Origin: an uncultured Acidobacteriaceae bacterium
Lineage (GTDB): Bacteria > Acidobacteriota > Terriglobia > Terriglobales > Acidobacteriaceae
Direction: 5' to 3'
DNA: 64,000 bases
NCBI GenBank assembly: GCA_963838995.1
Contig: CAWITJ010000003.1
Coordinates: 250,000 to 313,999, forward strand
Shown one piece after another: positions 26,620-36,486 of this stretch; position 1 is the stretch's first letter; every line of letters begins with the position of its first letter. Below the pieces are notes generated by a model. That model had not been told where the DNA came from, did not search any database, and saw only the letters and a program-made list of their open reading frames with translations. Both the position numbers and the translations under genes were made by a program.

Positions 26620-29600
26620 ATGAATTGGTACAGGAACCTCCCGCAGCATTTGCTCCGTGTGCTCGCTTGCACAATCTTCCTTTTCGTCTGTGTAACCCTT
26701 GCCGCAGGACAAGGCTCGGTCACCAACGGTTCGCTTTCCGGCGTGGTGACTGACAACACGGGAGCCGTGGTTCCGGGTGCCACGATCACGATCAAGAACC
26801 CCACCACCGCCTTTTCGCAGTCGACCACCAGTGCATCCAGTGGCGAGTTTACGATCCAGCAGTTACCTCCTGGCACCTACACCGTAGCGGTCACGAAAGA
26901 AGGTTTCAAGCGTGCCGAATACAACGACGTTCAAATCAACGTCGGCACCAACCAGCAGCTCCGCTCTACGCTGGAAGTAGGACAGAACACGGAAACGGTC
27001 CAGGTGACGGGCGAGTCGGTGGCGGTGGTTGACACCGAAAAGAGCGAAGTCAGCGACGTTATCTCACAGACTCAGGTGCAACAGCTGCCTCTGAATCAAC
27101 GCAGCTTCACCTCTCTGGTGACCCAGCAGCCGGGATTGGTACAGTTGACCAATACCTCAGCTAACTCCGGCCAGACGCCTACCAACCTGGCATTCTCGCA
27201 AGGTTCTCAAATCAGCGCCAACGGTCAGAATTCGCAGTCGATGGCCTACCTGATTGACGGCGTGAACTTTGGCAACGGCGGATTCGGAGCTCCCGGCACC
27301 GCGGCCGGCGGCGACGTACCGGGTGTCGAGTCCATTCAGGAATTTCAGGTTCTTAGCGCCGATTACAGCGCGGCCTACGGCGGTTCGGCCGGCGCAGTAG
27401 TGAGTTTCGCAACCAAGAGCGGCACCAACAACTTCCACGGCAACCTGTACGAGTATCTCCGTAACGACAAGGTAGACGCAGAAAGCTATTTCGACACCGG
27501 CAAGTTCCCCTACCACCGCAACCAGTTCGGTGGCACCATCGGCGGACCGATCAAGAAAGATAAGACGTTCTTCTTCGCCAACTACGAAGGTCTGCAGCAG
27601 GCCTACACTACGACAGAAGTCGGCAACGTTCCCAGCGTCTGCGCCCGTAACGGTGGCGTGGGCGGCAGCGGCATAGGCTGTCCGGGCGGCATTCCCTTCC
27701 TGGTAACCAACAACTACCTGCCAGGCGGCCCGGTTCCGGTTCCTATCGCAGCCGGCACGCAAGCGATTTTGCCGCTGTATCCTCTGCCGAATGGACGCGA
27801 CTACGGCAACGGCATCGCTCAGTTGCTCTTCCCTGATTCGCAACCGATTAGCCAGCAGTTTGGTCTGATTCGTATCGACCAATACGTCAGCAACAAAGAC
27901 ACCATCACGGGCCGGTACTCCATCACCGACGCGTCCGGATCGAACGCTTACCAGCTGCCGACCTTCGGTTTGGTTAAGTACGACCGCCTGCAGAACTTCA
28001 TGACCAAGTGGACCCACACCTTCGGCTCCGACAAGGTCAACACCCTGAGCTTTGGCTTCAACCGCTCTTACCTGGCAACTTCGGTTTCGCCAACGGTACC
28101 CATCTCTCCCAGCCAGTACACGGGCGATCCGGCGCGGCAGGTAGTGGGAACCATTTCCGTAGGTTCGGCAACCTCCGGCAACACCAGCGGCGCTCTGTCC
28201 ACGATCGGCACTGATAACTGGGGCCCATTCGTAGCCGGCGACGACACCTACTCGGTCGTTGACGACTTCGTCTGGAGCAAGGGCAAACACACCCTGCATA
28301 TCGGCGGAGGCTGGTCATCGGTTGGTTACAACTGGTCGAAGGGCGGCCTGATTGGTGGCGGCTGGACCTTCAATAGCTTGAACGATTTGCTGGCGGGACA
28401 GGTCGGCGTGTTGATCATCCGTCAGAACAACACGGTCACGCAGTGGAACGTCACCACTCACCCCATCGACATGTACGTGGAAGACACGTGGAAAGCGCGT
28501 CGCAATCTGACCCTGACCTTGGGACTGCGTTACGGCTTCCAGGTTCCCGTACTGGAAAACAAACAGCTATTCGGAAACGTAATCAGCAACCAGGCGTCGG
28601 GCCTGACGATTGCGAAAACCCCGTACAACAACTACTCATTCAAGCAGGTCTCTCCACGGCTTGGTTTCGCGTGGGACCCCAAAGGAGACGGCAAGACCGT
28701 AGTCCGCGCCGGCGCCGGGATCTTTTACGACTTCATTCCTTTCCAGGCCGTCGCGGGCGAGCTGACCTACAACGATCCGAATCCCACCCTCAACTCGTTC
28801 TTCGGTGCGCCCGATGGCGGAGCGCCTATTCCGTGGAACCAGTCCACGCAGGTGGTGCAGCACACCAACTTCCCGGGCCTGCTGACCAGCGTCGCCGGCC
28901 CGGTGAACCCGCCCACGACCGGACAATGGAACGTGCAGTTCGCTCAGGAACTTCCCGGCAAGGTCACTATGACCCTGTCGTATGTCGGCAGCCACAGCTG
29001 GAACCTGATGGGCGGCTTTGAAGGAAACTACAACTTGCCTGGCGGCTACCTGCCGAACGGTCAACCGTATTTCATTCCTAACAGCGGCGGAGCAGCATCT
29101 GCGGCTCTTAAGGCTCAGCTGTTCAGCTTGTACTCGGTGGCTTTCAACGGCCGTTCGAACTACAACGCCGGAACTGCTGACTTTAACCGCAAATTCTCCA
29201 ACGGCTTCACCTTCGACGCCAGCTACACCTGGGCGAAGGCAATGTCGGATGTGGACACCAACAACTCCGGCGCCATCCTGTTGGGCAACGCCTCGCACTA
29301 TGAGTATCCTGCGGTGCCGATGGTGGACTGGTCCGAATCTCTGATCAGCTTCCGTAATCGTTTCGTGGCGAACATGGTGTATGACCTGCCCTTCGGCAAG
29401 AACCAGAAATACGGCGGAAACATGAAGGGGTGGGAAGACGCCATCGTCGGTGGGTGGAGCATCAACGTCCTCAACCAGGACCGCTCCGGCGCTCCGTTCT
29501 CCGTCCTGGCCGGCTTCGGCATCACGGGCGTAGGCGACAACCTGACCTTCCCGGACCGCACCAACCTGTCAACTCCTAACCCGGTCATTGGAAACGTCAA

Positions 29601-30006
29601 CAACTGGTTCAATGCCAAGGCTTACTATCTTCAGACCCCGGGCTTGCTGGGCAACGCTCCTCGCAACTCCGTCGTAGGTCCTGGCTATAACGAACTGGAC
29701 TTTGGACTTTCCAAGGCGTGGCGGCTGAGCGAGCGTTTCGGTCTGCAGTTCCGCGCCGACATGTTCAACATCTTTAATCACCCGAACTTCAACCTGCCGG
29801 CGAACCAGCTCTACACACCTGGCGCGCAGTTTATCGACGCCAACGGCAAGCCTTATCTTCCGACCCAGGCGCAGCTGAATGCGCTGCCTTGCACCCTGAC
29901 AGCGACCGAGTCCCAGACGGTCTCCTGTAACCCGCAGGCCGGCGTTATCACCAGCACCGTGGGCGCACCCCGGCAGATTCAGTTCGCGTTGAAGCTTAGC
30001 TTCTAG
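26620..30006 (+). CDS. TonB-dependent receptor with carboxypeptidase-regulatory-like N-domain
   Basis: 1128 aa with a signal peptide. CarboxypepD_reg-like segment GVVTDNTGAVVPGATITIKN...GEFTIQQLPPGTYTVAVTKEGF. A long beta-barrel ends in the aromatic terminus ...QIQFALKLSF. Confidence 0.9.
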   Translation: MNWYRNLPQHLLRVLACTIFLFVCVTLAAGQGSVTNGSLSGVVTDNTGAVVPGATITIKNPTTAFSQSTTSASSGEFTIQQLPPGTYTVAVTKEGFKRAEYNDVQINVGTNQQLRSTLEVGQNTETVQVTGESVAVVDTEKSEVSDVISQTQVQQLPLNQRSFTSLVTQQPGLVQLTNTSANSGQTPTNLAFSQGSQISANGQNSQSMAYLIDGVNFGNGGFGAPGTAAGGDVPGVESIQEFQVLSADYSAAYGGSAGAVVSFATKSGTNNFHGNLYEYLRNDKVDAESYFDTGKFPYHRNQFGGTIGGPIKKDKTFFFANYEGLQQAYTTTEVGNVPSVCARNGGVGGSGIGCPGGIPFLVTNNYLPGGPVPVPIAAGTQAILPLYPLPNGRDYGNGIAQLLFPDSQPISQQFGLIRIDQYVSNKDTITGRYSITDASGSNAYQLPTFGLVKYDRLQNFMTKWTHTFGSDKVNTLSFGFNRSYLATSVSPTVPISPSQYTGDPARQVVGTISVGSATSGNTSGALSTIGTDNWGPFVAGDDTYSVVDDFVWSKGKHTLHIGGGWSSVGYNWSKGGLIGGGWTFNSLNDLLAGQVGVLIIRQNNTVTQWNVTTHPIDMYVEDTWKARRNLTLTLGLRYGFQVPVLENKQLFGNVISNQASGLTIAKTPYNNYSFKQVSPRLGFAWDPKGDGKTVVRAGAGIFYDFIPFQAVAGELTYNDPNPTLNSFFGAPDGGAPIPWNQSTQVVQHTNFPGLLTSVAGPVNPPTTGQWNVQFAQELPGKVTMTLSYVGSHSWNLMGGFEGNYNLPGGYLPNGQPYFIPNSGGAASAALKAQLFSLYSVAFNGRSNYNAGTADFNRKFSNGFTFDASYTWAKAMSDVDTNNSGAILLGNASHYEYPAVPMVDWSESLISFRNRFVANMVYDLPFGKNQKYGGNMKGWEDAIVGGWSINVLNQDRSGAPFSVLAGFGITGVGDNLTFPDRTNLSTPNPVIGNVNNWFNAKAYYLQTPGLLGNAPRNSVVGPGYNELDFGLSKAWRLSERFGLQFRADMFNIFNHPNFNLPANQLYTPGAQFIDANGKPYLPTQAQLNALPCTLTATESQTVSCNPQAGVITSTVGAPRQIQFALKLSF

Positions 30007-30014
30007 CTGTCATC

Positions 30015-30040
30015 GGGAGGCGGAGAACCTGCCGCCTCCC
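30015..30040 (+). terminator. GC-rich hairpin after receptor gene
   Basis: GGGAGGCGG/CCGCCTCCC stem lying 9 nt after the stop. No strong T-tract follows, so it may only be an attenuating structure. Confidence 0.35.
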
Positions 30041-30078
30041 CTCCCCTTTCACCCTTACCGAAGCAGAAGGTCAAACAA

Positions 30079-31134
30079 ATGCGGGCAGCGCGGTGGTACG
30101 GCCAGCGGGATATCCGAGTAGAGGAAGTCGACCCGCGTCAGCCCTCCGCTGGTGAAGTTCGCATCCGCGTCGATTGCGCGGGCATTTGTGCCACCGACCT
30201 GCACGAGTACACTCACGGACCACAATTCATTCCGACCGTTCCTCACCCGCGAACCGGTCGCAGCGCTCCCGTAACCATGGGGCATGAATTCACCGGCGTG
30301 GTTGATGCCGTCGGAGCGGATGTCAAAGACTTTCGCGAAGGCGACCGCATTGTCAGTGAAGCCAGCCTGCCCTGCGGCAACTGTGCTTATTGCGCGAGCG
30401 GACAATACATCCTGTGCCGCAATCCGGCTTACTTGGGATTTGCGTGGGATGGCGCCTTTGCCGACTCGTGTACCGTTCCGGCGGCAATCTGCCACAAGAT
30501 TCCCGATCACCTGAAGAGTCAGGACGCAGTGCTGATCGAGCCATTGGCTTCCGCGATGCACGCTGTCCGGCGCGGACGCGTGGAAGTAGGACAAACCGTC
30601 GCCATCATAGGAACGGGAACGATCGGCCTGTCGACCCTGCTGTGTGCCCGCGCAGCAGGAGCCACTCACGTTTATACCGTCGATCGGGTTGCGACCAAAC
30701 GTGAGAAAGCTTTGGCAATGGGTGCCGCAATGGCCATCGACCCAAGTGATGGAGATCCGGCGGAAAAGATCAAAGAAGCCACCAACGGCAAAGGTGTCGA
30801 CGTGGCGTTTGAGTGTGTGGGCAGCACGAACACGGTTGCGATCGCCACCCGTTCCACTCGAGTCCAGGGACGTACCGTCGTGGTCGGAGTCAGTGTTGAG
30901 CCTCAACCCTTCAGCTTCCTCGACATCCTGCTGAACGAGCGTGAGATCTGCGGAACCGCCGGCTATTTCGGCGAATTCGAGATTTGCATGGATCTGGTTG
31001 CAGACGGGCGTATCAACGCGCAGCCACTGATCACCTCGCGCATTGAACTGGAAGACATCGTTTCCCGGGGCTTCGAGCCGTTCTCTTCGCCGGAAAACCA
31101 AAACATCAAGATTGTCGTCAACGTTGGCAATTGA
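30079..31134 (+). CDS. Zn-dependent medium-chain alcohol dehydrogenase (butanediol/sorbitol/threonine DH family)
   Basis: 351 aa with the catalytic Zn motif GHEFTG, the structural Zn cluster CGNCAYCASGQYILC and the Rossmann motif IIGTGTIG. Confidence 0.9.
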   Translation: MRAARWYGQRDIRVEEVDPRQPSAGEVRIRVDCAGICATDLHEYTHGPQFIPTVPHPRTGRSAPVTMGHEFTGVVDAVGADVKDFREGDRIVSEASLPCGNCAYCASGQYILCRNPAYLGFAWDGAFADSCTVPAAICHKIPDHLKSQDAVLIEPLASAMHAVRRGRVEVGQTVAIIGTGTIGLSTLLCARAAGATHVYTVDRVATKREKALAMGAAMAIDPSDGDPAEKIKEATNGKGVDVAFECVGSTNTVAIATRSTRVQGRTVVVGVSVEPQPFSFLDILLNEREICGTAGYFGEFEICMDLVADGRINAQPLITSRIELEDIVSRGFEPFSSPENQNIKIVVNVGN

Positions 31135-31144
31135 ATTGAGAGTT

Positions 31145-31642
31145 ATGCCTGCCCGTGATTCAAAAACTCGTTTCGCTGCCCCGCCCGTCAATGCGGACGC
31201 CATGTTGGTTGAGTTGCAACATCGGGGCCAGCTTCGCGAACTGATTCACTTGCTGAACTGGTTGAGCGACGACAATCAACTCGACGAGTTGCTGGCCCAG
31301 TACACAGACGAGCTTTTCTATGAAGTGGAAGGCATGGCGGTGTTCCACGATAAGCCAGCTCTGCGGAAGTTTTACGAAGAGGTGGTGGGAACTTTCAGCA
31401 TGAGGATGCACCGCAGCAGCAACGAAATGATTCAGGTCAAAGGCGAGCGAGCCTCGGCGCGCTGCTACTGGAGAGCCGACCTGGAGTTGCGAGGCAAGTC
31501 GCTGGTAAGCGCGGGACGATATTTTGACGAGTTCGTGCTGGTGGATAGCGTTTGGAAAGTCACATCACGTAAAGCAACACTCACCTATATTTCTCCGCTG
31601 GATGAGGGTTGGGCGAAGACTCGTTTCTTCAGCCTGGCCTAG
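31145..31642 (+). CDS. NTF2/SnoaL-like protein
   Basis: 165 aa counted from ATG 31145, which lies 11 nt after the ADH stop. The assignment is a fold-level resemblance only. Confidence 0.65.
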   Translation: MPARDSKTRFAAPPVNADAMLVELQHRGQLRELIHLLNWLSDDNQLDELLAQYTDELFYEVEGMAVFHDKPALRKFYEEVVGTFSMRMHRSSNEMIQVKGERASARCYWRADLELRGKSLVSAGRYFDEFVLVDSVWKVTSRKATLTYISPLDEGWAKTRFFSLA

Positions 31643-31669
31643 AACAGCGCCGTCAGGAAGAACGCGCCC

Positions 31670-33053
31670 ATGATTCACGGTGAAGAGCAAGCGGCAACCA
31701 CCAGTCCGATCGAGCAGTTGGGCACCCGGCTGAGAGGCAAGGTTTTACAACCGGATTGCACCGCCTACGATCAGTCGCGCACGGTTTGGAATGGCAGCAT
31801 TGATCGGCGTCCAGCACTCATCGTGCAGTGTGCCGGCGTGTCGGACATCCGGCAGGCGCTGGAATATGCGCGACATCATGACCTGGTTGTCTCCGTGAAA
31901 GGCGGGGGGCACAATGTCGCCGGCAATGCCGTGTGCGATGGCGGCCTGATGATCGACCTGGCGCTGATGAAAGGCATCAGGGTCGATCCCAGGGAACAAG
32001 ACGGCGCAAGCGCAAGCCGGCTGCATTTGGCGGGAGTTTGACTTGGAAACCGCCGCGTTCGATCTGGCAACCACGGGCGGTACAGTATCGATGACCGGCG
32101 TGGCGGGATTGACGCTGGGCGGCGGCTTCGGCTGGTTGATGCCGAAGTACGGGCTCACCTGCGACAACCTGATTTCGGCTGACGTTGTGCTGGCCGACGG
32201 TAGCTTTGTCACGGCGAATGAGCAAGACAATTCAGACCTTTTCTGGGCCCTGCGCGGCGGCGGCGGCAACTTTGGAATCGTCACTTCGTTTGAGTTCAAG
32301 CTTCATCCGGTGAAAAACGTCACGGCCGGATTCGTGGTGTACCCGCAGTCCAAGACGCACGAGCTTCTGCACTTTTATCGTGATTACACCGCGACTGCCA
32401 ACGATGATCTGACCGTATATGCGGTTCGTATGTGCCTTCCCGACGGCACGCCGGCGATCGTGCTGGTGGTGTGCTACCTGGGCCCGAAGAAGGATGCGGA
32501 GGCGATTCTGAAGCCGATTCGGGATTTTGGTACTCCTCTGGCGGACACGGTCGGACCCATGCCCTACGTCGACTTCCAGAAATATTTTGACGCGGGAAGT
32601 CCGTCGGGTATGCACCAGTACTGGAAGACCAACCTGATGCCGGAACTGAGCGATGGAGCTCTTGCCATCGTGGAAGAAGCGTTCGAAGGAATGACCTCGC
32701 CTTATTCCTTCGTGTTTCTCGAGCATCTGCACGGCGCCGTCAATCGTGTGCCGAACGACGCTACGGCGTTTCCGCATCGCGATGCCAAGTTTAATTTCAC
32801 CACCATGTCGACCTGGGTGAATCCGCCGGAAGCCGCGACTCACATCGAGTTTGCGCGCAAGCATTGGAACTCTATGCTGCCGCACTCTTCCAGCGGCGGC
32901 TACGTCAATTATCTGAGCAACGATAGCGACGATGAACTGATCCGCGGGACTTTCGGGAATAACTACCAGCGGCTGGCGGCGGTGAAAGCGAAGTACGACC
33001 CGACCAACTTCTTCCACTTCAACCAGAACGTTAAGCCGGCGGCGAGGAAGTAG
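31670..33053 (+). pseudogene. FAD-linked oxidase (PCMH/BBE-like), apparent 1-nt insertion frameshift near 31997
   Basis: The N-terminal part (...VKGGGHNVAGNAVCDGGLMIDL...IRVDPRE) is in ORF 31670. The remainder (KTAQAQAGCIWREFDLETAAFDLATTGG...GGGGNFGIVTSFEFKLHP...YVNY) is in the frame of ORF 32043, which is open from about 31998. It ends with a BBE-like C-terminus. Length 1384 nt, which is 3n+1. Confidence 0.85.
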
Positions 33054-33055
33054 CG

Positions 33056-33472
33056 ATGGAATTCGAACCACACAACGACGACGCCCTGATCCGGCAGCTC
33101 CTGGACCGATATGCCCTGGGATGGAGAACAGCGGACGTTCCCGTACTGATCAGTACGTGGGATCCGGACTACAACAGCATGTATCTGGCGTCGGAAAAGC
33201 CGGCACCGCTGCGAGGATACTCTGCAATCGAAAGTTATTACAAGGATGCACTGGCAGTGTATCCGATTACCAAGATGGAAATCAGCAACGTTGAGATCGA
33301 ACTGTTTGGAGACGTTGCATCGGCGTTCTGCGATATCGAGATCGGCTTCAAAGTAGCAGGCAACGAATACATAGTTTTCCCTAGAGCCACCTTCCTGCTT
33401 CGCCGCACTGGAGGGGCCTGGCTCTGCATTCAGTATCACGAGTCGATTAAGTACGAGGTTCCCCAGGGGTAG
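33056..33472 (+). CDS. NTF2-like (DUF4440/SnoaL-type) protein
   Basis: 138 aa starting 3 nt after the upstream stop. Fold-level call only. Confidence 0.65.
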   Translation: MEFEPHNDDALIRQLLDRYALGWRTADVPVLISTWDPDYNSMYLASEKPAPLRGYSAIESYYKDALAVYPITKMEISNVEIELFGDVASAFCDIEIGFKVAGNEYIVFPRATFLLRRTGGAWLCIQYHESIKYEVPQG

Positions 33473-33495
33473 CGAGAGTTCATTTCGCTTTTACT

Positions 33496-34227
33496 ATGAT
33501 CAAGCTCATTTATTGCGTTCGTCGCTTACCGCACTTATCCATGCCTGAGTTCCAGCAGCACTGGCTGGAGCACCACTCGCAATACGGGCCGAGAGTGAGG
33601 GCCATTCGGCGTTACGTGCAATATCACGTGCTGGTCGACGATCCCATTCGCGAAGCCATGGCGCAGGCGGGCGTCAGCAAGGTGGATCCCTTCGACGGCA
33701 TTGCGATCGCGTGGTTCGACGATCTGCAATCGTTGAAGAGCGGGTTGGCCGAGGATCCGCACGTGAAAGCCGCGTTGGAGGACGAGAAATACTTTATCGA
33801 TCACTCCCGCACCACGGCGTGCATTGCTGATGAGCACATCGTGGTCGAACCGGTGGCGCCGGGCAATTACGTTCTACTGGAATGCCTGAAACGCCGTGCC
33901 GATATCGATCGCAAGCGCTTCTCGGAGCTGTGGTCACATCATGCGCACATTGGCCGCAAAGCGCACGAGATGGGTTTGCTCATGGGATACATCCAGAACC
34001 ACACCCTGATCGGTGACGAAGGTACAGCTGAGGGTCTGGGTGATGGGAGCGAACCCTTCGACGGTGTGGTCACCGCGTACTTCGATAGCGTCGCCAAGTT
34101 CAAGGCCCTGGTGATGTCTCCCCTGGCCTCGCAGGAATCGTACGAAGACGAGAAAAAGTTCATCGACCATTCGCAGTCGGTGGACATGCTCTCTCGCCGG
34201 CACGTGATCAAAGAACTAGTTCGGTAG
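33496..34227 (+). CDS. tandem EthD-domain protein
   Basis: 243 aa made of two repeats, each ending in the pattern EDEKYFIDHS / EDEKKFIDHS typical of EthD-like dimeric alpha/beta barrels. Confidence 0.7.
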   Translation: MIKLIYCVRRLPHLSMPEFQQHWLEHHSQYGPRVRAIRRYVQYHVLVDDPIREAMAQAGVSKVDPFDGIAIAWFDDLQSLKSGLAEDPHVKAALEDEKYFIDHSRTTACIADEHIVVEPVAPGNYVLLECLKRRADIDRKRFSELWSHHAHIGRKAHEMGLLMGYIQNHTLIGDEGTAEGLGDGSEPFDGVVTAYFDSVAKFKALVMSPLASQESYEDEKKFIDHSQSVDMLSRRHVIKELVR

Positions 34228-34238
34228 GAGAAGTTGTC

Positions 34239-35591
34239 ATGCTGTTGAATTGGGATCGCGCCGTCAAGAAGATGGATGAATACGGGCTGGACGCGGTAAT
34301 TGCCGCCGCGCCACGCAACGTCTATTACGCCTCGGGCTATTGGACCCGCATGTCCGAGTGGTTCTTTCAGGAAAATTTTGCCGCCGTACTTCTGACCCGC
34401 GATCAGAAACAGGCCACGCTTCTGATTCCCGACTGGTCGATTGTGGCATTGCTGGAGCAGCCCACATGGGTCCCGCAGATCAGGCCCATCGAATTTCTGA
34501 ACATGTCATACATCGGCAATGCGCCGGAGTCGGTACGCCTCGACCCATTGCAGGCCGATGCCGAGAAACTCTACAGCGAGAAGGTCGTCGCCAAGATGGC
34601 CGACAACTTGATTGTTGCGCTCGGCCAGGCACTGACCGACCTGGGGCTTTCCGGCGCTCGTGTCGGCTTTGATGATTTGCGGCTGGCGCAGCACGTTCAG
34701 AAAGGCTTTCCCAAGCTTACGGTCGCCGATGCGCACGACTATTGGCTCGATGTGCGCAAGGTGAAGTCGGCCGAGGAGCAAAAGATTCTGCGGCACGGTG
34801 CCATGATCAATGAGACGGCGCTACGCGAGATTACCCCGCTGATCAAGCCTGGCGTGGTTTGGCGTGACGTCATCGACCGCTTCCGCGAATCGGTAATGCG
34901 CCAGGATGCTGTGTTGCTGGCCTCACAGAAAGGCTTGCAGTTCGGTGCGGAGTACGGCGGCGAGTACTTCCCCGACCTGATGTTCCGCGACAACGACTGG
35001 ATTGTCCGCGATCAGCAGATCATCATTTACGAGTCTTGGGGTGCGTACCAGAATTACACGTTCGATTGCTCGCGTACCGTGCATGTTGGCAAGCCCAGCC
35101 AGGCTTATGCCGACCAATGCGCACGTATTTACGAAATGCAGCAGGAAACCGAGGCCATGCTGCGCGCCGGCGTCTCCACTCACGACATTTTCAAAGCGGG
35201 CAGCAAGATCATTAAGAAGAGCGGGATCGAAACTCCCGATAAACTGCTGATCTTCTTCCACAGCATCGGGCTCGACATCATCGAGTTGCCTTCGGGCTAT
35301 CCGTCGTTCGGTCTGATCAAGAATTTCGATCTGGAGCCGGGCATGATCATGAACTTCGAGTTCCTCTACTTCGGACACGTGGTTGGACCGTTCCACATCG
35401 AGAGCAGCTATTTGATCAAGGAGAACGGGGCCGAATGCCTGCACACCTTGCCCAAGCAACTGGAAGTCGTAGCCGATGGGGCGCACGCTGAAAGCTTCCG
35501 TAGGGGCAGCGTAGCTGGTTTCTTATGGCGGAGGAAAAGCAGTCACGTCCGATCTGGTGGACTCGGCAGTATCTTGAACCGTACTCCATGA
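34239..35591 (+). CDS. M24-family (creatinase/Xaa-Pro peptidase-like) hydrolase
   Basis: 450 aa with a creatinase-type N-domain and a pita-bread C-domain. Its stop overlaps the next ATG (ATGA). Confidence 0.75.
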   Translation: MLLNWDRAVKKMDEYGLDAVIAAAPRNVYYASGYWTRMSEWFFQENFAAVLLTRDQKQATLLIPDWSIVALLEQPTWVPQIRPIEFLNMSYIGNAPESVRLDPLQADAEKLYSEKVVAKMADNLIVALGQALTDLGLSGARVGFDDLRLAQHVQKGFPKLTVADAHDYWLDVRKVKSAEEQKILRHGAMINETALREITPLIKPGVVWRDVIDRFRESVMRQDAVLLASQKGLQFGAEYGGEYFPDLMFRDNDWIVRDQQIIIYESWGAYQNYTFDCSRTVHVGKPSQAYADQCARIYEMQQETEAMLRAGVSTHDIFKAGSKIIKKSGIETPDKLLIFFHSIGLDIIELPSGYPSFGLIKNFDLEPGMIMNFEFLYFGHVVGPFHIESSYLIKENGAECLHTLPKQLEVVADGAHAESFRRGSVAGFLWRRKSSHVRSGGLGSILNRTP

Positions 35592-36040
35592 GCGATGAGG
35601 AGTCGTGGCAGTTGATCAATAGCCCGCCGTGGTATTGCGTGATTGCGTGGGTGACCAGGAATTGCGAGCCGGTGGCGTGTGCTGCCGCCTACGCCATGCT
35701 GAACGGCAAGGTGATGTTGAGTTCGACCGAAAACCGCGATAAGGTTCGCGCGTTTCGCCGTAATCCTGCGGCGTCGTTGTGCTTCGAAGGCAAAGGGATG
35801 AAGCAGGTGACGGCCCGCGGCAAGATCGAAATTAGCGCCGATGCAGAGTTGGTGCGCCGCTGGGCAGTGGAACACATGGCGACTTTCGAGCGCAGCATGA
35901 CCGAACAAGAGCGCGCTTTGTCGCTGCAGCGCTATTTAAGTCCGGATCGGGTGGTGCTCATCGCCCACATCGACCGGCTGCGAAGTTTTGACGGCGGAAA
36001 GATGTTTCGCGCAGAAAGACAGGAGCAGCCAGCACAATGA
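35588..36040 (+). CDS. pyridoxamine 5'-phosphate oxidase-family (split-barrel flavin-binding) protein
   Basis: I prefer ATG 35588 (MSDEESWQLIN...) because of the ATGA overlap with the M24 gene; the ORF track starts at 35525. Family call is by general sequence pattern. Confidence 0.6.
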   Translation: MSDEESWQLINSPPWYCVIAWVTRNCEPVACAAAYAMLNGKVMLSSTENRDKVRAFRRNPAASLCFEGKGMKQVTARGKIEISADAELVRRWAVEHMATFERSMTEQERALSLQRYLSPDRVVLIAHIDRLRSFDGGKMFRAERQEQPAQ

Positions 36041-36447
36041 GCAACACAGAACAGAAGTCGAAGACCGCAACCGAGGTGGTACAAGCCGCTATCGACGCGT
36101 TGAACAAGGGCGATGCTGAGGGCTTCCTCGGGGCGTTCTCAGATGACTTGCACTTTCGCATGCCGGGCACCACGCCGGTCTCGGGCGAAACCAAAGGTTT
36201 AGATAACTTCGTCAAGGTCGTCACCGGGGTAGCCGAATACCTGGACGTGCTGATCACCATCCGCGTCACGAACTTCATTTCGTGCGGCGACTGGGTGGTC
36301 ACCGAGGCTGATGGACACGGCGTTACCAAGAAAGGCCAGGACTACAACAATCACTATTGCCACTTGTGGCACGTGAAAGACGGGAAGATCGATAAATTCA
36401 CGGAATACAACGATACCGACCTGATCATGCGGGTATTGTGCGCGTAA
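36037..36447 (+). CDS. SnoaL/ketosteroid-isomerase-like NTF2 protein
   Basis: 136 aa with an ATGA overlap to the upstream gene. It has the typical ...HYCHLWHVKDGKIDKFTEY ending. Confidence 0.7.
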   Translation: MSNTEQKSKTATEVVQAAIDALNKGDAEGFLGAFSDDLHFRMPGTTPVSGETKGLDNFVKVVTGVAEYLDVLITIRVTNFISCGDWVVTEADGHGVTKKGQDYNNHYCHLWHVKDGKIDKFTEYNDTDLIMRVLCA

Positions 36448-36486
36448 CGCCGGGCACGTCTTACCTAGCAGCCTGAAGGGATTTTG

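Noticed and set aside
27157-28299. 380-aa minus-strand ORF
   Set aside because: Antisense to the TonB-dependent receptor, whose plus-strand translation has a clear signal peptide, plug and barrel features.
30055-31203. 382-aa minus-strand ORF
   Set aside because: Antisense to the Zn-ADH gene, which has GHE and Zn-cluster motifs. This is a shadow ORF.
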